A DNA stretch of 64,000 nt from Raillietiella orientalis (taxonomy: Eukaryota). The position numbers and the translations under genes were made by a program. The DNA lies in contig JAYWIR010000005.1 in NCBI GenBank assembly GCA_036172245.1, forward strand, positions 1,240,001-1,304,000, given 5' to 3'. Of this stretch, positions 60,515 through 64,000 are shown piece after piece (position 1 is the stretch's first letter; each line of letters begins with the position of its first letter). The notes under the pieces were generated by a model. The model did no database searches. It had not been told where the DNA came from and saw only the letters and a program-made list of their open reading frames with translations.

Positions 60515-61415
60515 CAATGTCACGGGAAGAACGAGACGACCACTCTTGCTTAGGATGCTTGGAGAGAAAGCACGGGAAGCAAGGCAGGGGAAAGTCCAAG
60601 AGAGTGAATCCCCCTGGAAAGAAGAACATTGACGCAGAAACCCCGGTCGGAGGTGGCGAATTTGAGGGAGGAAGTGAGCACTCTCCATGCCAAAAGATCC
60701 AGTGGGGTGAAAAGGGGATGACGAGTGAACGCTCGTTTGTAATCCGTTGCTGCTCTGCAAGTACATTGGAACAAAATCTTCAAGTACGTACAGGCATGCA
60801 ATGGCAAACTCCAAACGTATGCAAGCGGCGCTCCTGAACGCTGTACCATTTCAGAAGAACAAAACGAATGACAAATGAAAAACGCGGACTATGATCGAAA
60901 CACGGAAGATCGTGGATTCTCAGGTCCGCATGGGCAGCTGAGACTGTATCAGCAGATCAAAATCATCTCGTCAGCTAAGGTTATAGAGCTGAGTTTCAGG
61001 AGTATCACAAAGATACTTTTTTTTTTAAAAAAAAAAAAAAAAAGAATGAAGCCTCACCTTCACAACTGGGTGCATCAAGATGCACGTTAACACGTGATCA
61101 AAGTCATTCTTTCCCCCCCCCCCCCCCCAGACTCAATAAATAACCAAATTTGCGAAGCACACATCGTGGGGATAGAGCACCAACGGATTACAAACGAGCG
61201 TTCCCTCGTCATCCCCTTTTCACCCCACTGGATCTTTTGGCATGGAGAGTGCTCACTTCCTCCCTCAAATTCGCCACCTCCGACCGGGGTTTCTGCGTCC
61301 ATGTTCTTCTTGCCAGAAGGGTCCACTCTCTTGGACTTTCCCCTGCCTTGCTTCCCGTGCTTTCTCTCCAAGCATCCTAAGCAAGAGTGGTCGTCTCGTT
61401 CTTCCCGTGACATTG
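60515..61415. repeat. 242-bp inverted duplication (60515-60756 / 61174-61415) with a 417-bp spacer
   Basis: The ORF track shows the same peptide MSREERDDHSCLGCLERKHG... on both strands. Manual comparison gives about 8 mismatches in 242 nt. Confidence 0.92.
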
Positions 61416-62620
61416 CCTGGCGGTTCCGCAGCCGGACTGGTTTTCCCTTGATCTTCCTGCGGGTTACTGCTGCTAGCAGTTGGTTTCCCTCGTCTCTTCT
61501 GTGTCCACTGCATCCGGGTGAGGAGACCTCCTTCTGCCGCCCGTTCTCGTTACTACCGATAACGCTTCTCTGGTTTTGGTCAGTTTCGTTGAGTGCTTTC
61601 CTTTCTGTTTCCCCTCGGGGATGGCGGAGGTCTTTTCGAAATGGACGGTTCGCAGGTGCTGCCCACCGTTCCCACCGCTCGACTTTCCCTTTCTCTGCCG
61701 GAAAACACCTGAGAAAAGTACTGGAGGGCTTGCCTGTACATTTCGGAGTTGCCTATCGCATGCAGTGGTCGCACCCCTGTTACACTTTAGTTCCCGAAAC
61801 CTTGTCCCGAAAGCCTTCTTCACAGACCAGGGGAAAATTCTTCCTCCGTCTATTCAGTCTTTTCCTTTCATTCAAGATTTTTCTGGAGGAAGAAACCAGG
61901 CTCTCCCTCTTCCCATCCGCAGCCGCATGGATTTCCTTCTCTCCCGTGAAGATCAACAGGTTTCCTCCTGCAATTGCAACTAGCCCTTGTGTTTCTTGCA
62001 GCTCTTGCCCCACGTTGGTGGACACGCGGCATCGAGCGTCGCGGGTTCTCATCCCGTCAGTCAGGGTCGGCGCCAAGAATGGGCGTGCCGTGGGTTTCAA
62101 ATTCCCCCCGCAAGATGACGCTGGCTGGTCTGTTCCGATGCAGCACTGCTGGAGAAGCCGGATGTCACCGCTGACCTGCCGAGATTTGAACTTTGGTCCT
62201 TCGAGGTCCTTCCAGGAATCGAGGATCCGGTTCCCTTCGTGGAGTTCCCTCCGGTTGTGGAAAAGAAGCCGGTACCATGGATCTGGTTGATGCTCCCTCT
62301 CGGGGGGTCGCCTCTCCAGAGTGCAAGAAGCGCGCTGCTCTCTTCGGGTAGCGTCCCTTCGGGGTTTCTCTTCAGAGGAGGAAACCAAGAGAGAATCCTT
62401 CCCGGATGGCCCCTCCGGAGGGGAAATAATGGTGGAGGCCCCCCCCCCTTCGGGGTCCCTTCGAAGAGACAACCAGGGCTCACTTCGGGGTTTCCCTACC
62501 AAGAGTGAGACGAACGGACACTCCTTCCTCCGGAGCCCTTCCTGGATTTCTAGGGTGATCCCTACGGGGTGACCTCCTGACCTGAAGAGTCACACGCACC
62601 TTCGGGTGGCCTGGTCAGAA
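61174..62620 (-). mobile_element. Possible degenerate retroelement ORF1/gag-like remnant
   Basis: GC-rich block with a 240-aa minus ORF (61780-62502) followed by broken Cys/His-containing frames near 61700-61790. No clean CCHC knuckle could be read. Confidence 0.3.
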
Positions 62621-62699
62621 AAAAGATTAAAAAAAAAGGCACCGATTAAAAAATCGATAAAAGCTACTGCAGGAAACACACGTGGGCATGTGTGGTCCT

Positions 62700-63402
62700 A
62701 GGGGCACACGTAGCTCCAAGCTCCAGGTGACCTTTGAGCGAGTGGTTCCACTCAAGAAGCACTACCGTGGAGGGTGAAAGTAGGGATGGAATCCCAGATG
62801 GACATCGTGACGACCGACTTTGGTGCGATTGGGGTGGGGGTGCCAGTTGTGGAAGGTGCGGCGAGAAGGACGCTCTCCCGCACCTCCTGCTGGATTGTGC
62901 CGACGCCCTCCAGCCCCTTTGGGGTCGCTTCCCGACGACCCTAGGAATCCCGGCTGGCGGCGGCTCCAGGGATGTTTTGCAAACGCCTCTTCTTGCGCGC
63001 TGTTCCGCTGCCTTCGCGGGGACCGTGGCAGCGCGGGAGGTCAGAATAAGAGGACGAAACGGTAGGGACGCCAACACCCTCCTTGAAGACCGCCTCGAGA
63101 CGGCCCCACTTGGGTAACCTTCGGATAGAATTCTCCAGCCTCCTGGACAGGATGCAGAGGACGTCTTCCAGCGAAGTGTGACCCCATCCCCAGCAAAACT
63201 TTTCCTCTCATTTTTCTTTTTTGTTGGTCTGTTTCTTTCTTTTCCAGGTCTATCTCCGCCGTCGCTGTGGAAACGGACCTCTCCGGTCTACGTACGGTTG
63301 TGGCGAAACACTTGGGGGGCAACCAAGTGTTTCACCACGGCAGGACACAAAAATGTACTTTCATTATTTTTTAATAATAAATGCACCGGCGAAATAGGAT
63401 GG
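62700..63402 (+). mobile_element. 5'-truncated non-LTR retrotransposon, copy F
   Basis: CGRCGEKDALPHLLLDC at 62848-62898 followed by LQPLWGRF, a T-rich 3' UTR and a degenerate end motif AATAAATGCACCGGCGAAATAGGATGG at 63376-63402. Confidence 0.78.
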
Positions 63403-64000
63403 AAAACGTTGGTATCAACAAGCTGACACAACGGATGCAAGTAAGAAATCTCATCTTCGCGATGCTTGTCGAATCATCCACAGAGGTGGTGATGGCGAAC
63501 AGTCAGCTCATGACAAAAAAAAAAAAAAAACATTTTATATTATTTTCTTGGATTGGTTCTCTTTTGTTTTCGTTTTTTTTTTTTGGCATACACGACGGGT
63601 GAGGATGACTGAAGCCATAAAGATATGTGATCAAAATTCACTCTTTCTTTAAACATCTTTGCAGCAATGAAAAGGTGAGCTTTTAAACGCGGATGTGTGG
63701 ATGACCTCTAAGCAGACCGTGGACGGCAAACTAATAAATCTGAAACCCCGATCCAAATGAGAAATGACATCGCTGAGAATTTCATCAATGTTTCAATGTT
63801 TTTTTTTTTGCTTTTGCTTCCTCTCAGTAACTGCTTGGCCCCCTTGCTTCACGAATGCGGTCGTCAGCGAAAGAAACTCGGATTTCGATCTCTTCTGCTT
63901 ATTACGAGGCTCATCTCAAAAGTAAGGGCGGATTGGATATACAGAAGGAACAAAAAAGAAGAACAAAAATGTATTTGTGGTCCTGAACACGTACATCCTC

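Noticed and set aside
62577..62632. CTGAAGA...GAAA with a C(UUCG)G hairpin, possible hammerhead ribozyme
   Set aside because: Stem II does not close directly between CUGANGA and GAAA, and no stem I/III with a UH cleavage site could be built. A similar failure occurs at about 24678.
1..64000. tRNA, rRNA or snRNA genes
   Set aside because: The GTTCGA hits I inspected lack cloverleaf context and no rRNA- or snRNA-like blocks were recognised by eye. An Infernal/tRNAscan run would be needed to exclude them.

Overview
Eukaryotic, invertebrate-animal-like genomic DNA with many very short GT-AG introns (mostly 40-50 nt in the compact genes). Exon chains were assembled by hand and all splice phases are consistent. 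Six protein-coding genes are supported: (1) a 5'-incomplete PDZ-PH-RhoGAP gene of the ARHGAP21/23 (RhoGAP19D) family, + strand 701-17969; (2) an unrecognised coiled-coil protein with Glu/Gly-rich tandem repeats, + 24807-27719; (3) a single-exon xyloside xylosyltransferase XXYLT1, + 32246-33373; (4) proteasome beta1/PSMB6, - 34190-33347, whose CDS overlaps XXYLT1 tail-to-tail by 27 nt; (5) a 250-aa disordered protein with a GRRRTRSSTRG motif, + 38857-42697; (6) very-long-chain acyl-CoA dehydrogenase ACADVL, + 52991-55558. Intergenic DNA holds about 7 decayed, 5'-truncated copies of an L1/Tx1-type non-LTR retrotransposon family. These share a C-terminal CX2CX7HX4C finger, and several also share a 27-nt 3' end (AATAAA followed directly by a bulged stem-loop). 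Other notable structures are a 41-nt G.U-compatible intronic duplex flanking one RhoGAP exon, a 242-bp inverted duplication, a 268-nt almost C-free tract, a 20-bp minisatellite and several fold-back hairpins. I saw no tRNA, rRNA, CRISPR or prokaryotic features. All homology calls come from recognised motifs, not from database searches.
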